Below are positions 56,518-64,000 of a stretch of 64,000 bases of DNA, one piece after another. The stretch covers positions 127,123 through 191,122 of IMG/VR virus record IMGVR_UViG_3300042868_010004; one strand, given 5' to 3'. This DNA is from a virus. How positions within the stretch are numbered: the first letter of the stretch is position 1; each line of letters starts with the position of its first letter. Both the position numbers and the translations under genes were made by a program. A model generated the notes under the pieces. That model made no database searches, had not been told where the DNA came from, and worked only from the letters and a program-made list of their open reading frames with translations.

Positions 56518-56745
56518 ATGAAACAAAGCGAAATAATAACCACGAATATTGGTTGCGGGGCAGTAACTATCATGGAGTGTTCTAATGATACCTCCGAACA
56601 GAAGATCCCCAGTCTAACCATTCTTCAGCCTGCATATCAAAATCCAGACAATGGTTTCATTACTCCGGCACACAGCATGGAGCTAGGAAGCATTGCGACC
56701 AATCAGCTCTATCAATTTTTGAAAAAATATTATGAAGAAAGCTAA
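56518..56745 (+). CDS. hypothetical protein
   Basis: Packed + strand ORF. Confidence 0.55.
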   Translation: MKQSEIITTNIGCGAVTIMECSNDTSEQKIPSLTILQPAYQNPDNGFITPAHSMELGSIATNQLYQFLKKYYEES

Positions 56746-57010
56746 ACCAAATCAAGTCCGACCGGGCGACCTCCGTGTTTGGAATATTATCAACGTCCCG
56801 AATGAACCGGTTCGTTATCCCGTTAAGGATGTAGGTCATGGCGCTCGCCTGATTGAAGCCTTGGCGGATTCACAACTGCTTGACAAAACCATTGAGTCAA
56901 ATGTCTTTGGATTGGAGATTTATGAAGATGGTGAATGGCTGGAATGGGAGTCGGAGGATGGGGATGATATTCAAGCTTGGGCGGAAAATAATTTGGAAAG
57001 CAGAGACTAA
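56732..57010 (+). CDS. hypothetical protein
   Basis: LRVWNI..SNVFGLE..W.EWE; resembles small phage exclusion-type proteins (weak). Confidence 0.6.
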   Translation: MKKAKPNQVRPGDLRVWNIINVPNEPVRYPVKDVGHGARLIEALADSQLLDKTIESNVFGLEIYEDGEWLEWESEDGDDIQAWAENNLESRD

Positions 57011-57034
57011 GATAAACAATTAAACAAAATTAAT

Positions 57035-57271
57035 ATGAATCAGAAAGATCAAAATAAAAAACTAACAGAGTTCAAAGCGGAATACAGTCGCCTTCTGCTC
57101 AAAATGCAGGATATTGAAAATGAAGCCCTTGAACTTTTGGGTCACAGCCCAGAGAATGACATCGCTTGGCATGTCTTAATTGATTATTTGAACGGGAACT
57201 GCTCGCTGAAAGACCTTCGAGCGGATATCAAAGAATGGACAGCGGAAGCAATGTTGCATCAGAAGAAGTAA
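57035..57271 (+). CDS. hypothetical protein
   Basis: Packed + strand ORF. Confidence 0.6.
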   Translation: MNQKDQNKKLTEFKAEYSRLLLKMQDIENEALELLGHSPENDIAWHVLIDYLNGNCSLKDLRADIKEWTAEAMLHQKK

Positions 57272-57309
57272 TCAGAATTAATACAAACACTTAAAAATAA
57301 AAAAATAAC

Positions 57310-57783
57310 ATGGCTGTTAATAAAATCGACATTGACGAAATCATTTCCGTCATTCACTCTAATGTGAAAGATCCCGAGATCAAGAAAAATCTGATTGAGG
57401 ATATCAAGAAGATTCAGGCTGAAAAGGAAGCCGAAAAAGAAGAGGAGAAGGCTGATAACCCAAAGACGAAAAACAAACATGTTTTCTTTGTCCGAACGGA
57501 TGAAACTGGTAAGGCCGCTCCGGCTGGCTTCCTTATGAAAGTTCCTTCTGAGAGTCCAACTGCGGATATCCTGTCAAAGATTCAAACTGCGGCGGCTCAA
57601 CAAAACGACTCCAAGAATAAATCTGGCAGAGGCCGGAAGAGCAAGGGTGGGCGGATTGAGAAGTATTATGACTTCTTTTTCGGCAGTAAGCGCAAATATA
57701 GTAAGCCTTTGGGAATTAACCCCTTGCGCGAGCTTGTGGAAGTGATTGTTCTGCCCTCTGAAGAAATTGATTTCAGCAAGTAA
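57310..57783 (+). CDS. hypothetical protein
   Basis: 157-aa ORF. Confidence 0.7.
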   Translation: MAVNKIDIDEIISVIHSNVKDPEIKKNLIEDIKKIQAEKEAEKEEEKADNPKTKNKHVFFVRTDETGKAAPAGFLMKVPSESPTADILSKIQTAAAQQNDSKNKSGRGRKSKGGRIEKYYDFFFGSKRKYSKPLGINPLRELVEVIVLPSEEIDFSK

Positions 57784-57788
57784 TACAA

Positions 57789-58058
57789 ATGCAAACCATG
57801 AAATCATATTATCCCATGCCTGATTGTGAATTTGATATTGAAGGCGAAGATGTCTTTTCTGTCGAACGAGTAAAATCCTTGGAGAAAATCCGAATTTTCG
57901 GCAAGAACGAATATTCGGAGAAGACCGTGATTACATTTTACGAGAAAACGAACAAACAAAAATTGCAGACTTGGTATCTCGAATGCTCTCCGAACAAGCA
58001 TGCCGAATTTGTTAGTCGATTCCGCCGAAAGCTAGGGCGGGAATTCACCGCGAATTAA
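57789..58058 (+). CDS. hypothetical protein
   Basis: Packed + strand ORF. Confidence 0.6.
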   Translation: MQTMKSYYPMPDCEFDIEGEDVFSVERVKSLEKIRIFGKNEYSEKTVITFYEKTNKQKLQTWYLECSPNKHAEFVSRFRRKLGREFTAN

Positions 58059-58081
58059 ACTCAGTAATTCCAAAAAAATCC

Positions 58082-58110
58082 TTGACCGCCAGCGTAGTCT
58101 ATCCTATGTT
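58082..58110 (+). promoter_or_regulatory. sigma70-like promoter
   Basis: TTGACC-N17-TATGTT. Confidence 0.55.
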
Positions 58111-58183
58111 GGTGGTTCAATTGCAAGCCAAAATATAAAATAATGAGCGTAGCGAATTACTTTTCGCCGCAAAGCAAGAAAAT

Positions 58184-58399
58184 ATGAAAACTCTGACATT
58201 CAACTTTGATGAACGGGCCACCGAATCTATCTCGGGTCTTAAAAAGACTCTCGGACTGAAAACCAATGAAGAGGTCATTACTCGCGCCCTTACCGTCCTC
58301 CATCTTTTGGTAGACCATGAATCTTTCGGCGGGACGATTAATCTAGTCGAAAAAAATAACGTTGATACTCTTAGTGTTTTCAATCTGAGCGGAGAATGA
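58184..58399 (+). CDS. ribbon-helix-helix DNA-binding protein
   Basis: LTFNF strand, helix, GLKTNEEVITRAL. Confidence 0.6.
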   Translation: MKTLTFNFDERATESISGLKKTLGLKTNEEVITRALTVLHLLVDHESFGGTINLVEKNNVDTLSVFNLSGE

Positions 58400-58406
58400 A
58401 AAATTT

Positions 58407-58715
58407 ATGTCCGATATTCTGAAAATCATCAACGATCTGACCGCCCGACTTTGGGCTAAATACGGGGATACCCTTAAAAAGAAATACTCTCAGGAAGAAA
58501 TCCACCTAACTTATTACGCAGGAGAGGTCTTACGACAGAATGGCTACGGATATAAAACTCTGCATGGGCAAACCTATTATACAGAAAAAGCAATGCACGC
58601 CGCCTTCATATCGGGGTTTCGGGTCGGCCTGAAAGAGGCTTATCATGATGCGAAAATTCAAAAGACGGCTTTGATTGATAAAATGATTGCGGAGTTGCAA
58701 AGCATGAAGGATTGA
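58407..58715 (+). CDS. hypothetical protein
   Basis: Packed + strand ORF. Confidence 0.6.
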   Translation: MSDILKIINDLTARLWAKYGDTLKKKYSQEEIHLTYYAGEVLRQNGYGYKTLHGQTYYTEKAMHAAFISGFRVGLKEAYHDAKIQKTALIDKMIAELQSMKD

Positions 58716-59218
58716 AATATATGAATAAGACTTACCAATACATCGCTGGATTACAGGAATCAACTGGGGAAATTATTTATTCCCGCGCTCGCCATGATTA
58801 CAGGCAGACTACAGATTCATCGTGCTTTGTCGATGGCGGATTGGACTATTTCCGTCACGGTTGGGACGCCACAAAAGGTCCGCCGTTGAAACAGGTCGTA
58901 ATTGAATTGGAAGTCAGTCCTGCTGCATTATATAATGACTGGAATAACCGGAAAGATAAGTTTGGAAAGACTCATATTTCCGAGGTCCGTATTGTCCCGC
59001 CGGAAGAATATGAGGACCGCCAATCTTTTGCATTTAAGAAAAAGTATTCTCAGTGGGGAACTCTCGGGAAGGACGGATTGGGTCCGCGCCGCCAAGTGAT
59101 GCTGTCTGAATGCCAATCAGATCATTTGCAAGCGATTCTTGATACCCAGAATGTCGGGCCGGAGGCTCGGGCGATCATACGGTCTATTCTGGCCGACCGA
59201 GGAATTAAAAGCGATTGA
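58712..59218 (+). CDS. conserved phage hypothetical protein
   Basis: YSRARHDY..VDGGLDY..WGTLGKDG..DHLQAIL. Confidence 0.7.
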   Translation: MKYMNKTYQYIAGLQESTGEIIYSRARHDYRQTTDSSCFVDGGLDYFRHGWDATKGPPLKQVVIELEVSPAALYNDWNNRKDKFGKTHISEVRIVPPEEYEDRQSFAFKKKYSQWGTLGKDGLGPRRQVMLSECQSDHLQAILDTQNVGPEARAIIRSILADRGIKSD

Positions 59219-59808
59219 AAACCATAAAGTTAGACTCCTACCCAGTTCTTATCTGTTCTGATCCTCACTGCCGCACGGATAAATTAGACCAGATCAAAAA
59301 TAAGCATCCCGAGATAACCAATCGGTTTATGCTCGGAGATCTTTTTAATTTTGTTGACGAGCTTGGGCGAATGACGAAAGAAGGGAATAAAGAGACGGGC
59401 GAATGGCTGAAACAAAATATCAACGATTGGAATTTCGTGACCGGAAATCACTGCATCGTCGTCTGTAAAAATTGGTGGCAATACGATCTCAGTCAGGAGG
59501 TTTACGATTTGGTCGCGGGGAAATTCAGTTTGCAATACAGGTTGGAAATTCAGGATAAGGCATACCTGCTTTTGCATTCCAAGCCGAAGTCTCTTTGGGA
59601 TTTCATTAATCCGGGGTATCAGTTTAGGGAATTAGAGGAGGATTTTCCGAATTATGAGGAGTTCACGGCGGCGATTGGCGGACATGTCCATAAAGAATTC
59701 CGCCACGTTTGGCCCGATTGTGATTTTCAGATTTGGCAGGTCGGAGCGGTTCGGGATGGCCGATACGGTATTCTGACAGAGAAGGGACTTGACTTTTGCG
59801 GAATCTGA
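59215..59808 (+). CDS. calcineurin-like metallophosphoesterase
   Basis: SDPH, LGDL, TGNH, LHS, GGHVH. Confidence 0.85.
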   Translation: MKTIKLDSYPVLICSDPHCRTDKLDQIKNKHPEITNRFMLGDLFNFVDELGRMTKEGNKETGEWLKQNINDWNFVTGNHCIVVCKNWWQYDLSQEVYDLVAGKFSLQYRLEIQDKAYLLLHSKPKSLWDFINPGYQFRELEEDFPNYEEFTAAIGGHVHKEFRHVWPDCDFQIWQVGAVRDGRYGILTEKGLDFCGI

Positions 59809-59816
59809 GACAATCT
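59789..59816 (+). promoter_or_regulatory. sigma70-like promoter with palindrome over -10
   Basis: TTGACT-N16-CAATCT; CTGAGA-caa-TCTCAG. Confidence 0.5.
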
Positions 59817-59829
59817 CAGGATCGAATTT

Positions 59830-60177
59830 ATGAAAACAAACAATCCAAATAAAATGTTCCGCGCTTTCACTCATTTAAGCCGTTCGTGGTATGGAGAAAC
59901 CTGTCTAGCCGGGCAGAAATATCTAGACGAGGTTATGTTCGGAATGTATGATGAAGATGGCGGGACAACCGGGGAAATGTCTGTGAAGTGGTATGACCTT
60001 GGAAGGAAAAGAACTCCAAGGCTGGAATGTTTTGATGACTCATGGGAAATTCTGTCTGGGATGAAGGATGTTTTGGATGAAATGGCCAAGGTCGATTCGG
60101 AAGATATTGCGCCGGAGAAATTTTGTAAGATTTTGCTGTCTTGCGGATTTAAAGACATGACGGAAGAAAAGCGTTAA
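59830..60177 (+). CDS. hypothetical protein
   Basis: Packed + strand ORF. Confidence 0.7.
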   Translation: MKTNNPNKMFRAFTHLSRSWYGETCLAGQKYLDEVMFGMYDEDGGTTGEMSVKWYDLGRKRTPRLECFDDSWEILSGMKDVLDEMAKVDSEDIAPEKFCKILLSCGFKDMTEEKR

Positions 60178-60188
60178 AAATAAAAAAC

Positions 60189-60752
60189 ATGAAAAAACAA
60201 ATTAAATTTTTGGCACTAGGATCAACCCGCATGTGTGGAAAAGATACTTTCTGCAAACTTCTGCAAGAAATAAATCCCAATATCAAAAGAGTTGCATTAG
60301 CTGATACCCTCAAATCTATTCTGGACGGGCCTTGTTTTAGGGTTTTCAACAAAAATATTTCAGCACTAACTCCCGAGCAGAAAGAAAAAATGCGCCCGTT
60401 AATGATTGAATTCGGTCGAATGGCGCGGAACGAAGATATTGATTTTTGGTGTAAGGAAATACAAGAGCAGATTGAAATTTATGATTCGGTGACAAATTAT
60501 AAGGATGCAATTTATTGTTTGACGGATTTAAGGTATAGTTCAGAATTTGCATTCTTTAAAAAAATCTATGGGGACAGCATGATTTTCATCAATATCACAA
60601 GAGATGGCGCGCCGGAACCAACATCGGAAGAACTTATCCATGGGCCGGAAGTCGCCAAACTTGCCGATCTGAATTTTCACTGGAAGACCGATCCGACTTT
60701 GGAATCATTACGCCCGCAGATCAAAGAGTTCTATGACAAGTATCTGAAATAA
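60189..60752 (+). CDS. deoxynucleoside monophosphate kinase-like
   Basis: GSTRMCGKDT, ALADTLK, R.LMIEFG..R..DIDFW, TDLRY..E. Confidence 0.8.
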   Translation: MKKQIKFLALGSTRMCGKDTFCKLLQEINPNIKRVALADTLKSILDGPCFRVFNKNISALTPEQKEKMRPLMIEFGRMARNEDIDFWCKEIQEQIEIYDSVTNYKDAIYCLTDLRYSSEFAFFKKIYGDSMIFINITRDGAPEPTSEELIHGPEVAKLADLNFHWKTDPTLESLRPQIKEFYDKYLK

Positions 60753-60762
60753 GACAAAAAAA

Positions 60763-60960
60763 ATGAAATATATTATACACTACCCAAGAGATTTGCATAA
60801 TTTTATTGACTGGGTGCAGAAAAACAGCAATAACGAAAGAAGGAAGTCTTTAATGATTCTTCTCGCCGAACACGAAAAAGAAAAAGACGAGGAAGAGAAA
60901 CAAAATATACGTCGGACTCTCATGGAGATTCTTGAAAACAAAAATATTTGGAGTCTGTAG
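60763..60960 (+). CDS. hypothetical protein
   Basis: Packed + strand ORF. Confidence 0.5.
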   Translation: MKYIIHYPRDLHNFIDWVQKNSNNERRKSLMILLAEHEKEKDEEEKQNIRRTLMEILENKNIWSL

Positions 60961-61000
60961 AACCATCAATAAATTTGTCGGGAATTTCCTACATTCTGTC

Positions 61001-61029
61001 TTGACTTGTCATGCGGATTCAGCCAATCT
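61001..61029 (+). promoter_or_regulatory. sigma70-like promoter
   Basis: TTGACT-N17-CAATCT. Confidence 0.55.
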
Positions 61030-61061
61030 GTCAGTCCAATCAAAAAAAACGACTCCAACCT

Positions 61062-61293
61062 ATGAAATTCATTAAACAATTTTTCACATTCCTCTGCAAG
61101 AAATTCGGTCCGCCTCCTATTGAGTCCGGTCAGATTTGGTATGACAGAGACGATATTAGTAATCCATTCAAAGATCCTCAAGAAGCAAAAGTTCTTGGGT
61201 ATAAGAATGGATGGGTTATATGTCCGAATTCTAAATAGGGCCGAAACGATGAAGGAATCTTCTTTCCGCTATCTTTACACAAACAAGAAATAA
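61062..61293 (+). pseudogene. probable frameshifted small gene
   Basis: Frame 1 ends KNGWVICPNSK* (61238); shifted frame continues YVRILNRAETMKESSFRYLYTNKK* (61293). Confidence 0.4.
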
Positions 61294-61301
61294 ATTTAGT
61301 C

Positions 61302-61820
61302 ATGCTCCCCGTTAAACAAGTTTTAGCCGAAATTTCATCCCTGCCGTATCACCGGCTGAATCAGACAAACATTTCAGAAATTAGCCTGAGTCCGAATGGT
61401 GATTTATTCTTTGTGACCTCCGAAGAAGAGGTCGAAGTTCTAAAAGGGAATTTGAAAGATAATGAGGAAATAATTAAAGGTTTGGAGAAGGAGAATACGG
61501 AGAAGGATCAGGAGCTTGGCAAACTAGAGGAGGAATTAGCCAAACTGGAAGAAGTAGTTGACAACATTAGGGATGGTGAATTATCTTTGGCGGATCTCTT
61601 GGTGGAAAAGCAAAAGACAGATGAACAAAACTTAGAATTCCGAAAAGCCCTTCAGGGTTGGAAATCCGAATTTGAAAAGCAGACCCGCGAATTGGAAAAA
61701 CTTCGGGCGCGGAAAGATAAGGCGAAGGTGCATCGCAGTCTTCATACGGGGAAGCTGATTGCTGAATTTGCCGGGAAGAAATATTATCTTGAAACCGAAA
61801 TTCCCGCCGAAAAGGCTTGA
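61302..61820 (+). CDS. coiled-coil protein
   Basis: Long E/K/L heptad stretch. Confidence 0.7.
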   Translation: MLPVKQVLAEISSLPYHRLNQTNISEISLSPNGDLFFVTSEEEVEVLKGNLKDNEEIIKGLEKENTEKDQELGKLEEELAKLEEVVDNIRDGELSLADLLVEKQKTDEQNLEFRKALQGWKSEFEKQTRELEKLRARKDKAKVHRSLHTGKLIAEFAGKKYYLETEIPAEKA

Positions 61821-61828
61821 AAAAAGAC

Positions 61829-61857
61829 TTGACGGCGGGCAATCCGTCTGACAAGTT
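61829..61857 (+). promoter_or_regulatory. sigma70-like promoter with internal palindrome
   Basis: TTGACG-N17-CAAGTT; GACGG-N8-CCGTC. Confidence 0.5.
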
Positions 61858-61896
61858 ATAAACCGAAAGAATAAAACAAGAAAAAACAACAAAAAC

Positions 61897-62292
61897 ATGA
61901 ATCAAACTAATCAACTAGAAGAAATTCTCCTCAAGAAAGAAATCGCCAATCTGAATGCCGAAATTACGAAAGGTATGGAGATTATTGGGAAGGCATTTAA
62001 GAAATACGGTCTAACGGCGGAAAAGAATGATGGTCGGGCCATTATTGTAACGCCGGATGAACTTAAGGAATTTCATGAATATGTCAATCATCTCAAGGTT
62101 GTAACCTCATATTATTATGGTGGAACTTGGTTCACCCCGTCTTATCCCACGATTAATTCCGACAATCCGCCCGCCTTTGTAAAGAAAGTTCTTGCAAAAC
62201 ATGCAGTTATGAATTTCATGGATCGAGTCGAGCAAATTGAAGAGGTCCGGAATATTGCCGAGCAAGCACTCAATCAGTCAAACAGCAATTAA
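61897..62292 (+). CDS. hypothetical protein
   Basis: Packed + strand ORF. Confidence 0.7.
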   Translation: MNQTNQLEEILLKKEIANLNAEITKGMEIIGKAFKKYGLTAEKNDGRAIIVTPDELKEFHEYVNHLKVVTSYYYGGTWFTPSYPTINSDNPPAFVKKVLAKHAVMNFMDRVEQIEEVRNIAEQALNQSNSN

Positions 62293-62300
62293 AACCCATT

Positions 62301-62546
62301 ATGAACCAAAATAATTTTACTAAAACTCTCCGAATCTTCTCGACCTACTCAGAAGTATTTTCGGTTCTGAATGCCTTATCTGAGGCTTTCCGCAAGCATT
62401 ATCGGAAGAATTCGGAAACGGATTTGGTATATTCTCAGTCCGGCGATCCGAAACATCCGGTGCATGCACTGGCAGTCTGGCATGACGGTTCGGATAAACA
62501 GGCCCGAGAGATTGAATATTATGCGGAGGCTTTGAATAAACTCTAA
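62301..62546 (+). CDS. hypothetical protein
   Basis: Packed + strand ORF. Confidence 0.6.
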   Translation: MNQNNFTKTLRIFSTYSEVFSVLNALSEAFRKHYRKNSETDLVYSQSGDPKHPVHALAVWHDGSDKQAREIEYYAEALNKL

Positions 62547-62550
62547 GGCA

Positions 62551-62594
62551 AAACAGTCTAAAGACAGTTTTAAGACAATTTCACGACAGATTCA
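62551..62594. repeat. four phased imperfect 11-bp direct repeats
   Basis: AAACAGTCTAA AGACAGTTTTA AGACAATTTCA CGACAGATTCA. Confidence 0.55.
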
Positions 62595-62627
62595 TAAAAA
62601 AAAACAAAACAACTCCGACTAAATACC

Positions 62628-62939
62628 ATGACAAATTACAATTCAAATAAGACAAATTCTAGTTCCGCTGCCCGGAAGACTTTCGCGCCGAATCAAAATC
62701 TGACGCTGAAAGAGCATCGACCCCTGCGCTGGCTCGTTCGCCAATTTTTTAACGAGAAAGAAGAGGATGGTCAAACCTACCAACATGAAGTAGTGACCGG
62801 ATATAATTCTAAACTGGAGAATTTCCCCGGCATGACCCCGATTCTCGCACAAGCATTGGATAGTATTCGCCGCTTTGGCGGGGAGCTATACGCTGATTAC
62901 GGGTCCGGTGAATATACTCTGGTCGAGAAATTCAATTAA
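62628..62939 (+). CDS. hypothetical protein
   Basis: Packed + strand ORF. Confidence 0.65.
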   Translation: MTNYNSNKTNSSSAARKTFAPNQNLTLKEHRPLRWLVRQFFNEKEEDGQTYQHEVVTGYNSKLENFPGMTPILAQALDSIRRFGGELYADYGSGEYTLVEKFN

Positions 62940-62948
62940 GATAAAAAC

Positions 62949-63152
62949 ATGAAAAAAGTAACGAAATATCAATCGGATAATGGAGTGGCTTATGATACCG
63001 CAAATGAGGCTATTTACGCTGACAAAGTATTTGAATTATCCGAACAGCTAAACAATTCTGATATTTATTGGCGGGAGACTGACCCCACCAAGATCGCCGA
63101 ACTCATTCTCTCTAAATATGATCTAGTCCCGAAAGTAAATCTCAAAGCCTGA
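62949..63152 (+). CDS. hypothetical protein
   Basis: Packed + strand ORF. Confidence 0.6.
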   Translation: MKKVTKYQSDNGVAYDTANEAIYADKVFELSEQLNNSDIYWRETDPTKIAELILSKYDLVPKVNLKA

Positions 63153-63156
63153 TTGT

Positions 63157-63399
63157 ATGCCTTCTCCTCTCGCCTCCTTCCCAACTCTGAAATTAGCCTC
63201 GACGGAACTAAATCGTGTCTTCACTCAGGTTGGAGAGGGGGCTGGGCTTGAGGGGAAAATCACTTTGGCCAAACACCAGATTCCCGCCGAAAAACCGAAA
63301 AAGTCAGTGACAGTTTTCGATATTTTGAATAAGGGATTGAGCAAGTCCGAAGAGCAAATGGTACGGAAAATTCTTCGGAATTCTGACAATTTTGCTTGA
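63157..63399 (+). CDS. hypothetical protein
   Basis: Packed + strand ORF. Confidence 0.55.
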   Translation: MPSPLASFPTLKLASTELNRVFTQVGEGAGLEGKITLAKHQIPAEKPKKSVTVFDILNKGLSKSEEQMVRKILRNSDNFA

Positions 63400-63424
63400 C
63401 CGTGCGCCTATTCCCATCCAGAAT
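63396..63424 (+). promoter_or_regulatory. sigma70-like promoter
   Basis: TTGACC-N17-CAGAAT. Confidence 0.55.
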
Positions 63425-63475
63425 CCTTTTCGTAGATTAAATACAAAATCAAAACAAAAAGCTATCAACTCCACC

Positions 63476-64000
63476 ATGAATAAAATCATTATCAAAACCC
63501 AAGCCGAATGGGACGCCTTGCCAAAATCTTTTGAGGAATTTACACATATTTATATTGAGTCTGTTCCTGATTTTTGGCTATCGGTTAATAACAAGATCGG
63601 TAATGCTCGCGTTGTAGCGCGGGAAAGTTCTCACGTTGAAGCGTGGGGAAGTTCTCACGTTGTAGCGTGGGAAAGTTCTCACGTTGAAGCGTGGGGAAGT
63701 TCTCACGTTGAAGCGTGGGGAAGTTCTCACGTTGAAGCGTGGGGAAGTTCTCACGTTGTAGCGCGGGAAAGTTCTCACGTTGTAGCGCGGGAAAGTTCTC
63801 ACGTTGTAGCGCGGGAAAGTTCTCACGTTGTAGCGCGGGAAAGTTCTCACGTTGTAGCGCGGGAAAGTTCTCACGTTGTAGCGCGGGGAAGTTCTCACGT
63901 TGAAGCGTGGGGAAGTTCTCACGTTGTAGCGTGGGAAAGTTCTCACGTTGAAGCGTGGGAAAGTTCTCACGTTGAAGCGTGGGGAAGTTCTCACGTTGAA
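63476..64000 (+). CDS. beta-helix-type 8-aa repeat protein (runs off window)
   Basis: MNKIIIKTQAEWDALP..NAR then V(V/E)A(R/W)(E/G)SSH repeats; no stop. Confidence 0.8.
   Translation, partial: MNKIIIKTQAEWDALPKSFEEFTHIYIESVPDFWLSVNNKIGNARVVARESSHVEAWGSSHVVAWESSHVEAWGSSHVEAWGSSHVEAWGSSHVVARESSHVVARESSHVVARESSHVVARESSHVVARESSHVVARGSSHVEAWGSSHVVAWESSHVEAWESSHVEAWGSSHVE
63611..64000 (+). repeat. 24-bp coding tandem repeat, 16 full units + partial
   Basis: GTTG(T/A)AGCG(C/T)GGG(A/G)AAGTTCTCAC. Confidence 0.95.

Noticed and set aside
421-63495. Most minus-strand and nested ORFs in the track (e.g. 4720..5148, 7127..7591, 49212..49649, 54774..55232)
   Set aside because: They fully overlap well-supported + strand genes, have no motifs and show antisense-type composition.
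63578-63994. Minus-strand ORF RTSPRFNV repeats / DGR variable repeat
   Set aside because: Shadow of the + strand gene, which has a promoter and leader. Variation is not adenine-specific and there is no reverse transcriptase.
63611-64000. CRISPR array
   Set aside because: Units are contiguous 24-mers with no unique spacers, in frame within a + strand ORF; no cas genes.
1-64000. tRNA/rRNA genes, integrase, structural operon
   Set aside because: No cloverleaf/T-loop context found by eye, no integrase motifs, and the only structural-like sequence is the orphan tape-measure domain. tRNAscan would be definitive.

Overview
A 64-kb slice of a large (probably >150 kb) tailed-phage genome: almost entirely + strand, with ~135 tightly packed genes and no capsid/terminase/integrase, tRNA, rRNA or CRISPR. 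It holds the replication/recombination module (RecA/UvsX, Cas4-like exonuclease, DnaB, DnaG, a DnaE split into PHP + 3'-5' exonuclease + core), nucleotide-metabolism genes (dUTPase, 5'(3')-nucleotidase, dNMP kinase), an RNA-repair trio, NADAR/macro-like/SLOG genes, five AT-rich free-standing endonuclease genes and many small hypotheticals. Family names come from motif recall, not database searches. Main hunt results: (1) two inverted RHH-repressor + homing-endonuclease cassettes (HNH and GIY-YIG), each inserted into the 5' end of a gene, leaving a dead stub and a divergent replacement start; (2) a candidate phage-encoded system at 37-44 kb (SF2 helicase, two repeat-domain proteins, membrane protein, MTase-like protein, flanking paralogues, plus a candidate antisense sRNA); (3) an acyl-carrier-protein mimic lacking the phosphopantetheine Ser; (4) an orphan tape-measure domain among replication genes; (5) a TTGAC-N17/19-(C)ANNNT promoter set with leaderless/SD-less starts.
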